The notes: generated by a model from the sequence alone, not told the origin. A stretch of 64,000 bases of DNA from Solirubrobacterales bacterium (GCA_036403715.1 DASWQL010000005.1:2295-66294); one strand, 5' to 3'; shown: positions 8,449 to 17,804, counted from the first letter of the stretch. Numbers and translations: made by a program.

Positions 8449-9195
8449 TCAGCGGAAGAGGTCCTCCTGGCGGGGGCGGCGCAGCGCCGCCGCCCCCGGT
8501 CCGTCAGCGGCGCCGACGTAACGATCGAGGCCGCACACCCGCACCGCCGGGGTGCCGCTGACCTTGTCACGGACGAGGTCGGCGGCCGCGGCGGCCTCGT
8601 CGGCGATGGCGATCAGGGTCGCCTCCAGGCGCCGCTCGCTCGCGTCCTGGCGCCCGCGCCAGTCGTCCAGCGGCATCAGCCCGGCACAGCCGATCGCCAC
8701 CTCGGCCTGGCCGAGGCGCCAGGCGCGCCCGAAGCTGTCGGAGACGACGACGCCCACGGTGGCGCCGGCGGCGGCGGCGATCTCGGCGCGGACCCGCCGC
8801 GCCGAGGCGTCGGGGTCCTCGGGCAGAAGGCAGACCGAGTCCGGGTCGGGCAGGTTGGAGCTGTCGATGCCGGCGTTGGCGCAGACGAAGCCGTGCTTGG
8901 TCTCGACGATGACGACGCTGGGGCCGACCCGCAGCACCTCGTTGCTCTCCTCCAAGATCAGCTCGACGAGCGCGGGCTCTCTGCCCAGTACCGCCGCCAG
9001 CTTCCGCGCGTCCGCGCTCGGCAGCACGGAGGAGAGACGTCGCACCCGCCCCTCGGCCTTGGAGACGATCTTCTGCGAGATCACGACCACGTCGCCGTCG
9101 GCGAGGCCGATCCGCTCGGCGATCAGCTCGCCGACCTTCATCCCCTCGCTCACCTCCGGGATCCCCTCCACGGGGGACACCCGCAGCTCGTTCAT
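8449..9195 (-). CDS. cofE: Coenzyme F420-0:L-glutamate ligase, stand-alone CofE type
   Basis: Contains VVISQKIVSKAEGR, HGFVCANAGIDSSN and VVSDSFGRAWRLGQ, the CofE/FbiB N-domain hallmarks. At 248 aa it has no C-terminal extension. Confidence 0.85.
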   Translation of the reverse strand: MNELRVSPVEGIPEVSEGMKVGELIAERIGLADGDVVVISQKIVSKAEGRVRRLSSVLPSADARKLAAVLGREPALVELILEESNEVLRVGPSVVIVETKHGFVCANAGIDSSNLPDPDSVCLLPEDPDASARRVRAEIAAAAGATVGVVVSDSFGRAWRLGQAEVAIGCAGLMPLDDWRGRQDASERRLEATLIAIADEAAAAADLVRDKVSGTPAVRVCGLDRYVGAADGPGAAALRRPRQEDLFR

Positions 9196-9833
9196 ATCCC
9201 CAGCGCTTTGGCGGTGCGGCGGGCGCCTCCCGGCCGAGCCGCGAGCTCCCGGGTGAGGGCGATGATGTCCGCCGGGGTGTCGAGGTCCAGCGCGAGCGAC
9301 GCCAGCTCCTCGACCCCGAAGGGGATCCCGGCCTCACGCGCGGCGGCGACGTGGCGGGCGCAGCTGCCCTCGCCGAAGGACGGGACGATCGCGTCGGGGG
9401 GGCTGAGGACGAGGGCGTTGGTGCCGGGGCCGTGGCGATCGGGGACGACGCCGACGTAGCGTTCCGGGACGCCGGTCAGCAGGCGGTCGAGCTCGCGCGG
9501 TTCCAGCAGCGGGCAGTCGCCAGGCAGCACCACGACGCAGCGCGCCCCCTCCGCTTCGGCGCGGGCGATTCCCGCCCGGGCGGCCTCGATGTGCCCGCCG
9601 TCGGCGGGATCGGGAACGACCTCGGCGCCCGCTTCGCCGGCCAGTTCCTGGGCGATCGGATCGCCGCTGACGACGATCGTCCGCTCGATCGTCCGCGCCC
9701 GGCCGATCGCCTCGAGCACGTCGGCGACCATCGCCTCGACCAGCTGCCGCCGGCGCTGGTCGTCGATGCCGGTGGCGAGGCGCTGCTTGGCGGCTTCGAA
9801 GCGCTTGACGGGGAGGACCGCGGTGGCGTTCAA
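9192..9833 (-). CDS. cofC: 2-phospho-L-lactate/PEP guanylyltransferase (CofC/FbiD)
   Basis: C-terminal 214 aa of the spurious 857-aa track ORF: AVLPVKRFEAAKQRL...VVLPGDCPLL...VVPDRHGPGTNAL. The TTG start at 9833 overlaps the cofD stop (TTGA). Confidence 0.8.
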   Translation of the reverse strand: MNATAVLPVKRFEAAKQRLATGIDDQRRRQLVEAMVADVLEAIGRARTIERTIVVSGDPIAQELAGEAGAEVVPDPADGGHIEAARAGIARAEAEGARCVVVLPGDCPLLEPRELDRLLTGVPERYVGVVPDRHGPGTNALVLSPPDAIVPSFGEGSCARHVAAAREAGIPFGVEELASLALDLDTPADIIALTRELAARPGGARRTAKALGI

Positions 9834-10756
9834 CTCGCTGCGAGGGTATCGGCGTAGTCGAGCACGCTGCGGGCGACGCGGGCGCGGCCGCTCGCGCCCT
9901 CCATCAGGGTCGGTGCCGCGAGGGTGGGGATATCGGCCGGCGGCGGGTCGGGGTCGCCGTCGTCGACGACCATCGCGTCGATCAACCCGGCGTAGAGGGA
10001 GGCGACGCCGGCGGCGGTCCTCGGCCGTCCCAACCCCTCCATGAAGCGGTCGGTCGGGCCCTTGACCACGGCGCCCGCCACGTACGGGCTGACCGCGACC
10101 ACCGGCGCCGGCGCGGCGGCGATCGCCTCGCGCATCCCCGGCACGGCGAGGATCGGGCCGATGCTGATCACCGGGTTGGAGGGGCCGATCACGATCGCCT
10201 CCGCCGCCCGCAGCGCGTCGAGCACCTCGCGGCTCGGCGCCGCCCGTTCGATCCCCTCCAGCTCGACCCCCTCGACCGCCGGGCGCCCCTCGTCGAGAAT
10301 CAGGTACTCCTGCAGGCCGCGGCGGCCGGCCGCGGTGAGGACGTGGGTGCGGACCGTGTCGTCCGACATCGGCAGGACCCGGGCCTCGACCCCGAGCGCA
10401 CGTCCGATCTGCGCCTGAGCGGCGGTCGGGGTGCCGCCCTCGGCGAGGAACTGGCGGCGGTAGAGGCAGGTGGCAAGGTCGCGGTCGGAGAGGCCGAGCC
10501 AACTCGGCATCCCCAGCCGCTGCAGGCGCTCGAAGGCGGTGAAGGTGTCGTCGCGGATGCCCCACCCGCGCTCCTCGTCGATTTCGCCGCTGAGCCAGTA
10601 GGTGACGAGGTCGGGGTCGGGGGAGACGTGGACGCCGAGGGCCTCGACGTCGTCGCCGGTGTTGACGATGACCGAGAGCTCGGAGCCGATCTCCTCCTGT
10701 ATGCCGGCGGCGAGTTTGGCGCCGCCGGTACCGCCGGCGAGAAGGGCTACCCGCAT
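9830..10756 (-). CDS. cofD: 2-phospho-L-lactate transferase (CofD/FbiA)
   Basis: MRVALLAGGTGGAKLAAG..., IVNTGDD and IVIGPSNPVISIGPIL are CofD signature segments. Confidence 0.9.
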   Translation of the reverse strand: MRVALLAGGTGGAKLAAGIQEEIGSELSVIVNTGDDVEALGVHVSPDPDLVTYWLSGEIDEERGWGIRDDTFTAFERLQRLGMPSWLGLSDRDLATCLYRRQFLAEGGTPTAAQAQIGRALGVEARVLPMSDDTVRTHVLTAAGRRGLQEYLILDEGRPAVEGVELEGIERAAPSREVLDALRAAEAIVIGPSNPVISIGPILAVPGMREAIAAAPAPVVAVSPYVAGAVVKGPTDRFMEGLGRPRTAAGVASLYAGLIDAMVVDDGDPDPPPADIPTLAAPTLMEGASGRARVARSVLDYADTLAAS

Positions 10757-10759
10757 CCC

Positions 10760-11470
10760 CTAAGCCCAGTGGTCGCCGTCGGGCAGGTCGGTGAGGCGGA
10801 TGCCGGCGTGGGTCTTGTAGCGGCTGTTGATCGAGATCAGCATCGGCGTCAGCTGCTCGACGATCCGCGCCATCTCCAGGGGGCCGGCGTTGACCGGCCG
10901 CAGGCCCTCGATCAGCTCGATCAGCCGCGCCACCCGCGCCTTGTCGGCCTTGCGGTCGCCGCAGACGAGGACGTCCTCGCCGAGCTCGACCTCGAGCTCG
11001 GCGAGGGAGGGGGCGCCGACGGTGTGCAGGGCGGCGACCACGGTGACGCCCTCGGGGACCATCTCCTGGGCCTGCTGGGCGGCCGAGCCCTGCCAGACGC
11101 CGAGCGAGCGGGTCGCTTTGCCGCTCACCGCGGCCGCCAGCGGCACCGTGCAGTCGACCAGGATCTGGCCCGGCCGCAGGGCCTCGCGCAGATTGTTGAG
11201 GTTCTCCGACTGGGCGCGGAAGGGAACGGTGAGGAAGACGATCTCGCCGCGGCCTGCGGCCTCGCCGTTCTCCAGCCCGCTGACCTCGGCCTCCGGGAGC
11301 GCCTCGCGCACCTTCGCCGCCGCCTCCTCGGCGCGCTCTGCCGAGCGCGAGCCGAGGACCACCGGGACGCCCGCCTTCGCCCAGCGCTTGGCGAGGCCGG
11401 CGCCGAGGGCGCCGGTGCCGCCGATGATCGGGATCGGTTCGGGCTCTGGGTTCGATTGCTGCGCGCTCAC
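10760..11470 (-). CDS. npdG: NADPH-dependent F420 reductase
   Basis: IPIIGGTGALGAGLAKRWAKAG Rossmann start and an NpdG/Fno-like sequence throughout. It is the first gene of the npdG-cofD-cofC-cofE run. Confidence 0.8.
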   Translation of the reverse strand: MSAQQSNPEPEPIPIIGGTGALGAGLAKRWAKAGVPVVLGSRSAERAEEAAAKVREALPEAEVSGLENGEAAGRGEIVFLTVPFRAQSENLNNLREALRPGQILVDCTVPLAAAVSGKATRSLGVWQGSAAQQAQEMVPEGVTVVAALHTVGAPSLAELEVELGEDVLVCGDRKADKARVARLIELIEGLRPVNAGPLEMARIVEQLTPMLISINSRYKTHAGIRLTDLPDGDHWA

Positions 11471-11496
11471 GGCGCGCCAGTCTATGCTCCCGGCCG

Positions 11497-12231
11497 ATGC
11501 GGCTCGAGGGAAAGAAGGCTCTGGTAACCGGCGGCGCCAGCGGGATCGGCGCCGCGATCGCGGCGCGCCTGGCCGCCGAGGGCGCCGAGGTCTGGGTCGG
11601 TGACATCGACGTCGAGGGCGCGGAGCGGGTGGCGGGCGAGATCGCCGGCCATGCGATCGAGCTCGACGTCACCGAGATCGAGTCCGCCCGCGCCGCCGTC
11701 GCCGCCTCCGGCACGCTCGACGTCCTCGTCAACAACGCCGGCACCGACGAGTTCGGCTTCTTCACCTACACGACGCCCGAGCAGTGGAAGCGGGTGATCG
11801 CGATCAATCTCGGCGGCGTCCTCAACTGCACCCACGCGGCCCTGCCCGGAATGCAGGAGGCGCGCTACGGGCGCATCGTCAGCATCTCGTCCGAGGCGGG
11901 TCGGGTCGGTTCGAAGGGATCCGCCGCCTACTCCGCCGCCAAGGGCGGCGTCATCGCCTTCACCAAGACGATCGCCCGGGAGAACGCCCGCTACGGCGTC
12001 ACCGCCAACGCGATCGCTCCGGGGCCGATCGAGACGCCGCTGCTGATGGGCGCCAAGGAGTTCGGCGAGATCGGCGAGAAAGTGATCGAGACGATGAAAG
12101 CCGCGACCCAGCTCGGCCGCCTCGGGCAGCCGGAGGAGGTGGCCGCCGCGGTCGCCTTCCTCGCCTCCGACGACGCCACCTACGTCACCGGCGAGACCCT
12201 CGGCGTCAGCGGCGGGCTCGGCATGGTCTAA
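11497..12231 (+). CDS. Short-chain dehydrogenase/reductase (FabG-like)
   Basis: Contains TGGASGIGAA, NNAG and the catalytic S...YSAAK, followed by PGPIETPL. Confidence 0.85.
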   Translation: MRLEGKKALVTGGASGIGAAIAARLAAEGAEVWVGDIDVEGAERVAGEIAGHAIELDVTEIESARAAVAASGTLDVLVNNAGTDEFGFFTYTTPEQWKRVIAINLGGVLNCTHAALPGMQEARYGRIVSISSEAGRVGSKGSAAYSAAKGGVIAFTKTIARENARYGVTANAIAPGPIETPLLMGAKEFGEIGEKVIETMKAATQLGRLGQPEEVAAAVAFLASDDATYVTGETLGVSGGLGMV

Positions 12232-12294
12232 CGCCTCCCGCAGCTCGGACGGCCGCCAGGCCTGGGGGGAAGAGATCGCGCCGCGCGATGCATT

Positions 12295-12314
12295 GACCAC
12301 ACGGGGGTGTGGTC
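12295..12314. terminator. Hairpin GACCACAC-gggg-GTGTGGTC between the SDR and DUF559 genes
   Basis: 8-bp perfect stem. It overlaps the first candidate start (GTG 12307) of the next ORF, so that gene may start further downstream, for example at GTG 12343. Confidence 0.3.
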
Positions 12315-13236
12315 GATCGAACGAACGCGAGGGACAGAGGGCGTGGGCACTGGTGTTTGGCGGCTTGCGAAAGAGCAGCACGGAGCTGTTTCGAGGCGAC
12401 AGCTGCTCGACCTTGGCTTCAGCTCGAGGGCGATCGAGCATCGTCTGTCCCGTGGCCGGATCCATCTCGTTGCCCACGGGGTCTATGCGGTCGGGCGACC
12501 GGAGCTGACGCAACGCGGCCGCTGGATGGCGGCCGTTCTCTGTTGCGGTCCGGGGGCGGTGCTGAGTCACGGGAGTGCCGCCGCTCTGTGGGGCGTGGAG
12601 AGCGAGCATCGAGGGATCGAGATCACCGCGCGGATGGCGACGCCTCGACGGCGGCCGGGCCTGCACGTGTATCGGCGTCCGACTCTGGCCGAGGACAATC
12701 TCACGAGCCGAGACGGCGTCCCGGTCACGGGCATAGTGCAGACGGTGGTCGATCTCGCCGCGACTCTGAAGCCACGACTGGTGGAGCGGGCCGTCAACGA
12801 GGCAGATCGACTCGACCTGATCAATCCCCCAGCTCTGCGGGTTGCGTTGGAAGCACATCGCTGCGAGCCTGGGGTCAAACCTCTCCGCACCATGCTCGAC
12901 CGGCGGACCTTCAGGCTCACCCGCTCCGAGCTCGAGCGCCTCTTCCTGCCGATGACGGCGCAGGTCGGACTGCCGCTGCCGCTGACGAAACAGTGGGTCA
13001 ACGGTTTCGAGGTGGACTTCTTCTGGCCGGACCTGGCCTTCGTCGTCGAGACCGACGGCTTGCGTCATCACCGCACCCCCGCTCAGCAGGCGAAGGACCG
13101 GCGGCGCGACCAGGCGCACACCGCCGCAGGGATGATCCAGCTGCGCTTCACACACGAGCAGATCTACTACGAACCCGACTACGTGCGCGGAGTGCTCGCC
13201 GCCACCGTTCGCGCCCATAAGCTTGATCGCCGATGA
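12307..13236 (+). CDS. AbiEi-like N-terminal wHTH plus DUF559 (Vsr-fold endonuclease-like) protein
   Basis: The N-terminus HGAVSRRQLLDLGFSSRAIEHRLSRGRIHLVAHGVYAVG matches the AbiEi_4 pattern. The C-terminus VDFFWPDLAFVVETDGLRHH...D..RD matches the DUF559 pattern. Confidence 0.7.
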   Translation: MWSIERTRGTEGVGTGVWRLAKEQHGAVSRRQLLDLGFSSRAIEHRLSRGRIHLVAHGVYAVGRPELTQRGRWMAAVLCCGPGAVLSHGSAAALWGVESEHRGIEITARMATPRRRPGLHVYRRPTLAEDNLTSRDGVPVTGIVQTVVDLAATLKPRLVERAVNEADRLDLINPPALRVALEAHRCEPGVKPLRTMLDRRTFRLTRSELERLFLPMTAQVGLPLPLTKQWVNGFEVDFFWPDLAFVVETDGLRHHRTPAQQAKDRRRDQAHTAAGMIQLRFTHEQIYYEPDYVRGVLAATVRAHKLDRR

Positions 13237-14153
13237 ATGAGCTCCCCGACAGAGTCCGTATCCGCGAGGTGGGGCCACGGGACGGCTTCCAGAACGAGCC
13301 GGAGACGATCTCCACCGGCGACAAGGTGCGGCTGATCGACATGCTCTCGGCGAGCGGGCTGAAGCGAATCGAGGTCACTGCCTTCGTCCGCCCCGACGTG
13401 ATCCCGCAGCTGTCAGACGCGGCCGAGGTGCTCGGTGCCATGCAGCGGCGCGAGGGCGTCTCCTTCTCGGTCCTGATCCCGAACCAGCGCGGGCTGGAGC
13501 GGGCGCTGGAGATGCGGGATCGATTCGACGAGGTCAGCGTCTTCCTCTCGGCTTCGGAGACCCACAACCGCCACAACGTCAACCGCTCGGTGGAGGAGTC
13601 GATCGCCGGGCTGGAGGCGACGCTCGCGGCCGCCGGCGAGGCCGGGCTGCGGCGGGAGGGCGTGATCGCCACCTCGTTCGGCTGCCCGTACGAGGGAGAG
13701 GTCCCAGTCGAGCATGTGCTCGAGCTCGCCGAGAGCCTCGCCTCCGCCGGTTGCGAGGAGGTCGGGTTCGGCGATACGACCGGGATGGCGAACCCGCGCC
13801 AGGTGCGCGAGTTCTTCGCCGCCGCGCGCGAGCGCCTGACCGGTGTCGAGCTCACCGCCCACTTCCACAACACCCGCGGCCAGGGACTCGCCAACGTCGT
13901 CGCGGCGCTGGAAGAGGGCGTCGAGTCGTTCGAGTCCAGTTTCGGCGAGCTCGGCGGCTGCCCTGTGCCGCCCGGCTCGACCGGCAACGTCTCGACCGAG
14001 GACGTGGTTTCGATGCTGCACGAGATGGGAGTCGACACCGGTATCGACCTGGCGCGCCTGCTCGAGGCCTCACGCGCGGTGCAAGAGGTGTTGGGACGCC
14101 CGCTCGGCGCCCACGTGCTGCGGGCCGGGCCGGTCGACTGGCAGCGTGGGTAG
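13233..14153 (+). CDS. Hydroxymethylglutaryl-CoA lyase
   Basis: VRIREVGPRDGFQNE, FVRPDVIPQ and HFHNTRGQGLANV are HMGL-like TIM-barrel motifs. The start overlaps the upstream stop (ATGA). Confidence 0.85.
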   Translation: MNELPDRVRIREVGPRDGFQNEPETISTGDKVRLIDMLSASGLKRIEVTAFVRPDVIPQLSDAAEVLGAMQRREGVSFSVLIPNQRGLERALEMRDRFDEVSVFLSASETHNRHNVNRSVEESIAGLEATLAAAGEAGLRREGVIATSFGCPYEGEVPVEHVLELAESLASAGCEEVGFGDTTGMANPRQVREFFAAARERLTGVELTAHFHNTRGQGLANVVAALEEGVESFESSFGELGGCPVPPGSTGNVSTEDVVSMLHEMGVDTGIDLARLLEASRAVQEVLGRPLGAHVLRAGPVDWQRG

Positions 14154-14195
14154 GCCGCGCCGGGCTCCGCGGACGGCTGGACCGGGCTCCCCGGA

Positions 14196-16178
14196 CTAGG
14201 CCGGACTCCCGAGCCTCGCCGCCATCTCGACGAAGTAGTCGAGCGCCGCCGGGTTGGCGAGCGCGTCGCGGCTGACCGCCTGCTCCACCGACGTCCCCAT
14301 CAGGATCCGCTTCACCGGCACCTCCAGCGCCTTGCCGCTGAGCGTGCGCGGGACCTCGGCGATCTGGAAGACCTCGTCGGGGACGTGGCGGGGGGAGCAG
14401 CGCTCGCGCACCCGCCGGGCGATCTCCCGCGGCAGCTCGGAATCGAGCTCGGCGCCCTCGCGGAGGACGACGAACAGCGGCATCCAACCGTCGGTGCCCG
14501 GCCGCGGCAGGTCGACCACCAGCGCGTCGACTATCTCCTCGATCGAGAGCACGGCGCGGTAGATCTCGCTGGTGCCCATGCGGATGCCGCCCCGGTTGAT
14601 CGTCGAGTCGGAGCGGCCGTAGATGACCGCGGTGCCGCGCGGCGTCAGTTCGAGCCAGTCGCCGTGGCGCCAGACCCCGGGGAACATCTCGAAATAGCTC
14701 TCGCGGTAGCGGCAGCCGTCCGCGTCGCCCCAGAAGTAGATCGGCATCGAGGGCATCGGCTCGGTGACGACCAGCTCGCCGACCTCGCCGATCACCGACC
14801 GGCCCTCTTCGTCCCAGGCCTCGACGGCGGCGCCCAGCGCCCGCGCTTGGATCTCGCCGCGGTAGACCGGCAGCAGCGGCACGCCGCCGACGAAGGCGGT
14901 GCAGAGGTCGGTGCCGCCGCTGGTCGAGAACAGCCAGGTGTCGGTGCCGATGTGCTCGTAGATCCAGTCGAAGCCCTCGGGGGAGAGGGGGGAGCCGGTC
15001 GAGCCGACCGACTTCAGGGCCCGGAGGTCGCGGCCGGCGCCGGGCTCGACCCCGGCCTTCATGCAGGCGGCGATGTAGGCGGCGCTGGTCCCGAACATGG
15101 TGACGCCGGCGCGCTCGGCGAGGTCCCAGAGCGCGGTCATGTCGGGGAAGCCGGGGTTGCCGTCGTAGAGCACGATCGCCGCCTTGGACAGCAGCCCGGA
15201 GACGAGGAAGTTCCACATCATCCAGCCCGTGGTCGTGAACCAGAAGAGGCGGTCGCCGGGGTGGGCGTCGACGTGGAGGTTCAGCTTCTTCAGGTGCTCG
15301 AGCAGGATTCCGCCCTGCCCCTGGACGATCGCCTTCGGCAGCCCGGTCGTTCCGGAGGAGTAGAGGACCCAGAGCGGGTGGTCGAAGGGGACGCGCTCGA
15401 AGAAGAGCTGGGAGCCGGCGCCCGCGGCGAGGAAGTCGTCCCAGCGGCTGGTGCGGTCGAGCGCCGAGAGGTCCGGCTCGGGGTCGAGGTAGGGGAGGAC
15501 GACCGTCCCAGCGAGGCTGGGCATCGCCTCCTGCAGCGCGGCGACGGTGTCGCGACGGTCGAAATCCTTGCCGCCGTAGCGGTAGCCGTCGACAGCGAGC
15601 AGCACCTTCGGCTCGATCTGGGCGAAGCGGTCGATCACGCTGGCGGGGCCGAAGTCCGGCGAGCACGAGGACCAGACGGCGCCGATCGAGGCGGCGGCGA
15701 GGAAGCCGACGATCGCCTCAGGGATGTTCGGCAGGTAGGCGACGACGCGGTCGCCGCGCTCGACGCCGAGCCCCCGCAGACCGGCTGCGGCGGCCGCGAC
15801 CTGCTCGCGCAGCTCACCCCAGCTGAGCTCGTCGAGCTGGCGCAGCTCGGAGCTGTGCAGGATCGCCGTCTCGGCCTCGTCCTTGCCGGCGAAGACGTGC
15901 TCGGCGTAGTTGAGGCGGGCGCCTGGGAACCAGCTCGCGCCCGGCATCTCACGGGACGCCAGCACCGGGGCCGGGTCGCCGTCGGCCTGGACGTCGAAGA
16001 AATCCCAGATCGCCGACCAGAAGCCGTCGAGGTCGTCGACCGACCAGCGCCAGAGCTCGTCGTAGCCGGCGAAGTCGAGCCCGCGCTGGGCTCGCAGCCA
16101 ATCCATGAACTCGGTAAGGCGCGAACGCTCGACCAGCTCGGCCGATGGCTCCCAGAGCTTGTCGGCAGTCCCGCTCAC
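14196..16178 (-). CDS. Acetoacetate-CoA ligase (acetoacetyl-CoA synthetase)
   Basis: 660 aa. The N-terminus LWEPS...LTEFMDWL...YDELWRWSVDDLDGFWSAIWDFF is typical of AACS. It also has the AMP-binding motif YSSGTTGLPK. Confidence 0.85.
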   Translation of the reverse strand: MSGTADKLWEPSAELVERSRLTEFMDWLRAQRGLDFAGYDELWRWSVDDLDGFWSAIWDFFDVQADGDPAPVLASREMPGASWFPGARLNYAEHVFAGKDEAETAILHSSELRQLDELSWGELREQVAAAAAGLRGLGVERGDRVVAYLPNIPEAIVGFLAAASIGAVWSSCSPDFGPASVIDRFAQIEPKVLLAVDGYRYGGKDFDRRDTVAALQEAMPSLAGTVVLPYLDPEPDLSALDRTSRWDDFLAAGAGSQLFFERVPFDHPLWVLYSSGTTGLPKAIVQGQGGILLEHLKKLNLHVDAHPGDRLFWFTTTGWMMWNFLVSGLLSKAAIVLYDGNPGFPDMTALWDLAERAGVTMFGTSAAYIAACMKAGVEPGAGRDLRALKSVGSTGSPLSPEGFDWIYEHIGTDTWLFSTSGGTDLCTAFVGGVPLLPVYRGEIQARALGAAVEAWDEEGRSVIGEVGELVVTEPMPSMPIYFWGDADGCRYRESYFEMFPGVWRHGDWLELTPRGTAVIYGRSDSTINRGGIRMGTSEIYRAVLSIEEIVDALVVDLPRPGTDGWMPLFVVLREGAELDSELPREIARRVRERCSPRHVPDEVFQIAEVPRTLSGKALEVPVKRILMGTSVEQAVSRDALANPAALDYFVEMAARLGSPA

Positions 16179-16218
16179 GCAGCCAGTCTATTTCGGGCGC
16201 CTCTATGGTTCAGCGGGC

Positions 16219-16302
16219 GCCGGAGTGGCGGAATTGGCATACGCGATCGACTCAAAATCGATTGCCCTTGCGGGCTTGTGGGTTCGAGTCCCACCTCCGG
16301 CA
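16219..16302 (+). tRNA. tRNA-Leu(CAA)
   Basis: Hand-folded cloverleaf. Acceptor GCCGGAG/CTCCGGC, anticodon arm ATCGA-CTCAAAA-TCGAT, long variable arm, T arm GTGGG-TTCGAGT-CCCAC, discriminator A. No CCA is encoded. Confidence 0.9.
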
Positions 16303-16351
16303 TCGCGGCAGTGACGCTCGCCCCGTCGCCGCCGTCTCGAATCGGGCCGGG

Positions 16352-16906
16352 TCAGGCCGGCTGCGGGGCGCCGTCGCCTGGCGCGGCGCCGTAGTCCTCG
16401 CCGGACCCGATCGGCCGCTCCTCCTCGACGTGCCATTCCTGGTTGAAGCCGTAGAGGGCGAAGGCGATGAGGACGATCTGCAGCAGGCCGAGGACGATCA
16501 CAAGCAGTCCGAGCAGCGAGGAGGGCAGGAGCGCTTCGTCGAACCCGGCCTTATCGCGGGCGAACCAGCTATTGGCCCCGACGGCGCAGAAGATCGCCAG
16601 GATCATCGACAGCGCCGCCGCCACCGGCAGGATCCCGCGGCTCCAGCGGGCGACGAGCAAGGCGAAGAAGGCGTAGAGGATCGCGTAGATCGCGCAGACG
16701 GCGCCCATGCCGCTGCCGCCCTTCAGCAGCGACCAGCCGCCGACCGTGATCACGGCCGCCAGCACCGCCGTCGCGAGAAGCAGCAGGACGATCACGAACT
16801 TGGTCGTGATCGACCCGGCCTTCTCCCGGTTCGGCCGCCACAATTCGTAACCCGGCCTCAGCTCTCCTACCGCCACGCATTCGATCATAGAATCCCCTGG
16901 CGACAT
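16352..16906 (-). CDS. Hypothetical integral membrane protein (184 aa, about 5 TM)
   Basis: Track ORF with clear TM segments (FVIVLLLLATAVLAAVITVGGW, AVCAIYAILYAFFALLVA, ...). It lies between two tRNA genes. Confidence 0.6.
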   Translation of the reverse strand: MSPGDSMIECVAVGELRPGYELWRPNREKAGSITTKFVIVLLLLATAVLAAVITVGGWSLLKGGSGMGAVCAIYAILYAFFALLVARWSRGILPVAAALSMILAIFCAVGANSWFARDKAGFDEALLPSSLLGLLVIVLGLLQIVLIAFALYGFNQEWHVEEERPIGSGEDYGAAPGDGAPQPA

Positions 16907-16948
16907 CGCGGCATTTGCCGTGGGTTAAGGCCCGGTCGGGTCAGCCAC

Positions 16949-17032
16949 GCGGGCGTGGCGGAATTGGAATACGCGCCAGGTTTAGGTCCTGGTGGGCTTC
17001 GGCCCGTGGGGGTTCGAGTCCCTCCGCCCGCA
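16949..17032 (+). tRNA. tRNA-Leu(UAG)
   Basis: Acceptor GCGGGCG/CGCCCGC, anticodon arm CCAGG-TTTAGGT-CCTGG, long variable arm, T arm GGGGG-TTCGAGT-CCCTC. Confidence 0.9.
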
Positions 17033-17075
17033 CTGCCGCCGCGCGCCCCCGCCGCTCGTTACGATCCGATTCCTC

Positions 17076-17149
17076 GGGGCAGTGGCCCAACTGGCTAAGG
17101 CACCGGTCTCCAAAACCGGCGATTCCAGGTTCGAGTCCTGGCTGCCCCG
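17076..17149 (+). tRNA. tRNA-Trp(CCA)
   Basis: Acceptor GGGGCAG/CTGCCCC, anticodon arm CCGGT-CTCCAAA-ACCGG, T arm CCAGG-TTCGAGT-CCTGG. Confidence 0.9.
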
Positions 17150-17366
17150 TTCGACTTACCCTTCCATTCGCCCTGGGCAATCCCAATCCCCTGAGATGGT
17201 CGTTGGGACCATCGGTTCGGCCGAGTGCCAAGACCAGCGTCCTCGACCCGGACTCGGCTCTGCGGACGCTTCGAGGTGCTGTTCGAGGCCTCAGGCGAGC
17301 AGCCCCGAGGTGGTCCGTAGTCCGCATGCGTGGACGCGGTGGGCAATCCGGCCTACTCGCAGACTC

Positions 17367-17783
17367 ATGAGGAGTATCGACTCGCCGGGGCGGGTCGCGA
17401 TCGCGGTGGCCGTGGCGGTGGTTCTCAACGGCCTTGTGCTGCTCGGGTTCTCCCAGATGCTGGGGTCGTTCACGCTGGACGGGCCGGGCGCCGCCTTGGG
17501 AACGGCGCTTGTGGTGGGCGTCGTCAACGGAGTGGTGATCTACGCGGCCTCGAGGCTGACGTTGCGGCTCGGCGTCCTCGCCCTCGGCGCCTTCTTGTTC
17601 GCGATCAACGTCGCCGCGATCCTCGTCGCCGGAGCCATCATCCGGGAATCTCACGAGGCCGTGATCGCTGTGGCCTACACCGGGGGTGGGATGGCGCTAG
17701 CCACGGGACTCCTGATCTGGTTCTTCTCGATCGGCGAAGAAGGCGAGTCGGGCGAGCAATCCCATTCCGACCGCACCGGATAG
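17367..17783 (+). CDS. Hypothetical membrane protein (138 aa, 4 TM)
   Basis: In-frame ATG at 17367 within track ORF 16992..17783; the upstream part of that ORF overlaps tRNA genes. Hydrophobic segments are present (VAIAVAVAVVLNGLVLLGF, ...). Confidence 0.55.
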   Translation: MRSIDSPGRVAIAVAVAVVLNGLVLLGFSQMLGSFTLDGPGAALGTALVVGVVNGVVIYAASRLTLRLGVLALGAFLFAINVAAILVAGAIIRESHEAVIAVAYTGGGMALATGLLIWFFSIGEEGESGEQSHSDRTG

Positions 17784-17804
17784 GCGGCGCCGCCGCGTTC
17801 TTCA

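Noticed and set aside
9834-11765. N-terminal roughly 640 aa of the 857-aa minus-strand ORF 9192..11765
   Set aside because: Only the last 214 aa (CofC) look like protein. The rest is Arg/Pro/Gly-rich and overlaps cofD and npdG, which are clearly real in another frame of the same strand.
11482-15666. Long ORFs 11482..13278(-) and 13852..15666(-)
   Set aside because: These are shadow frames of the SDR/DUF559 genes and of acetoacetyl-CoA synthetase, with extreme R/P/G content and no motifs.
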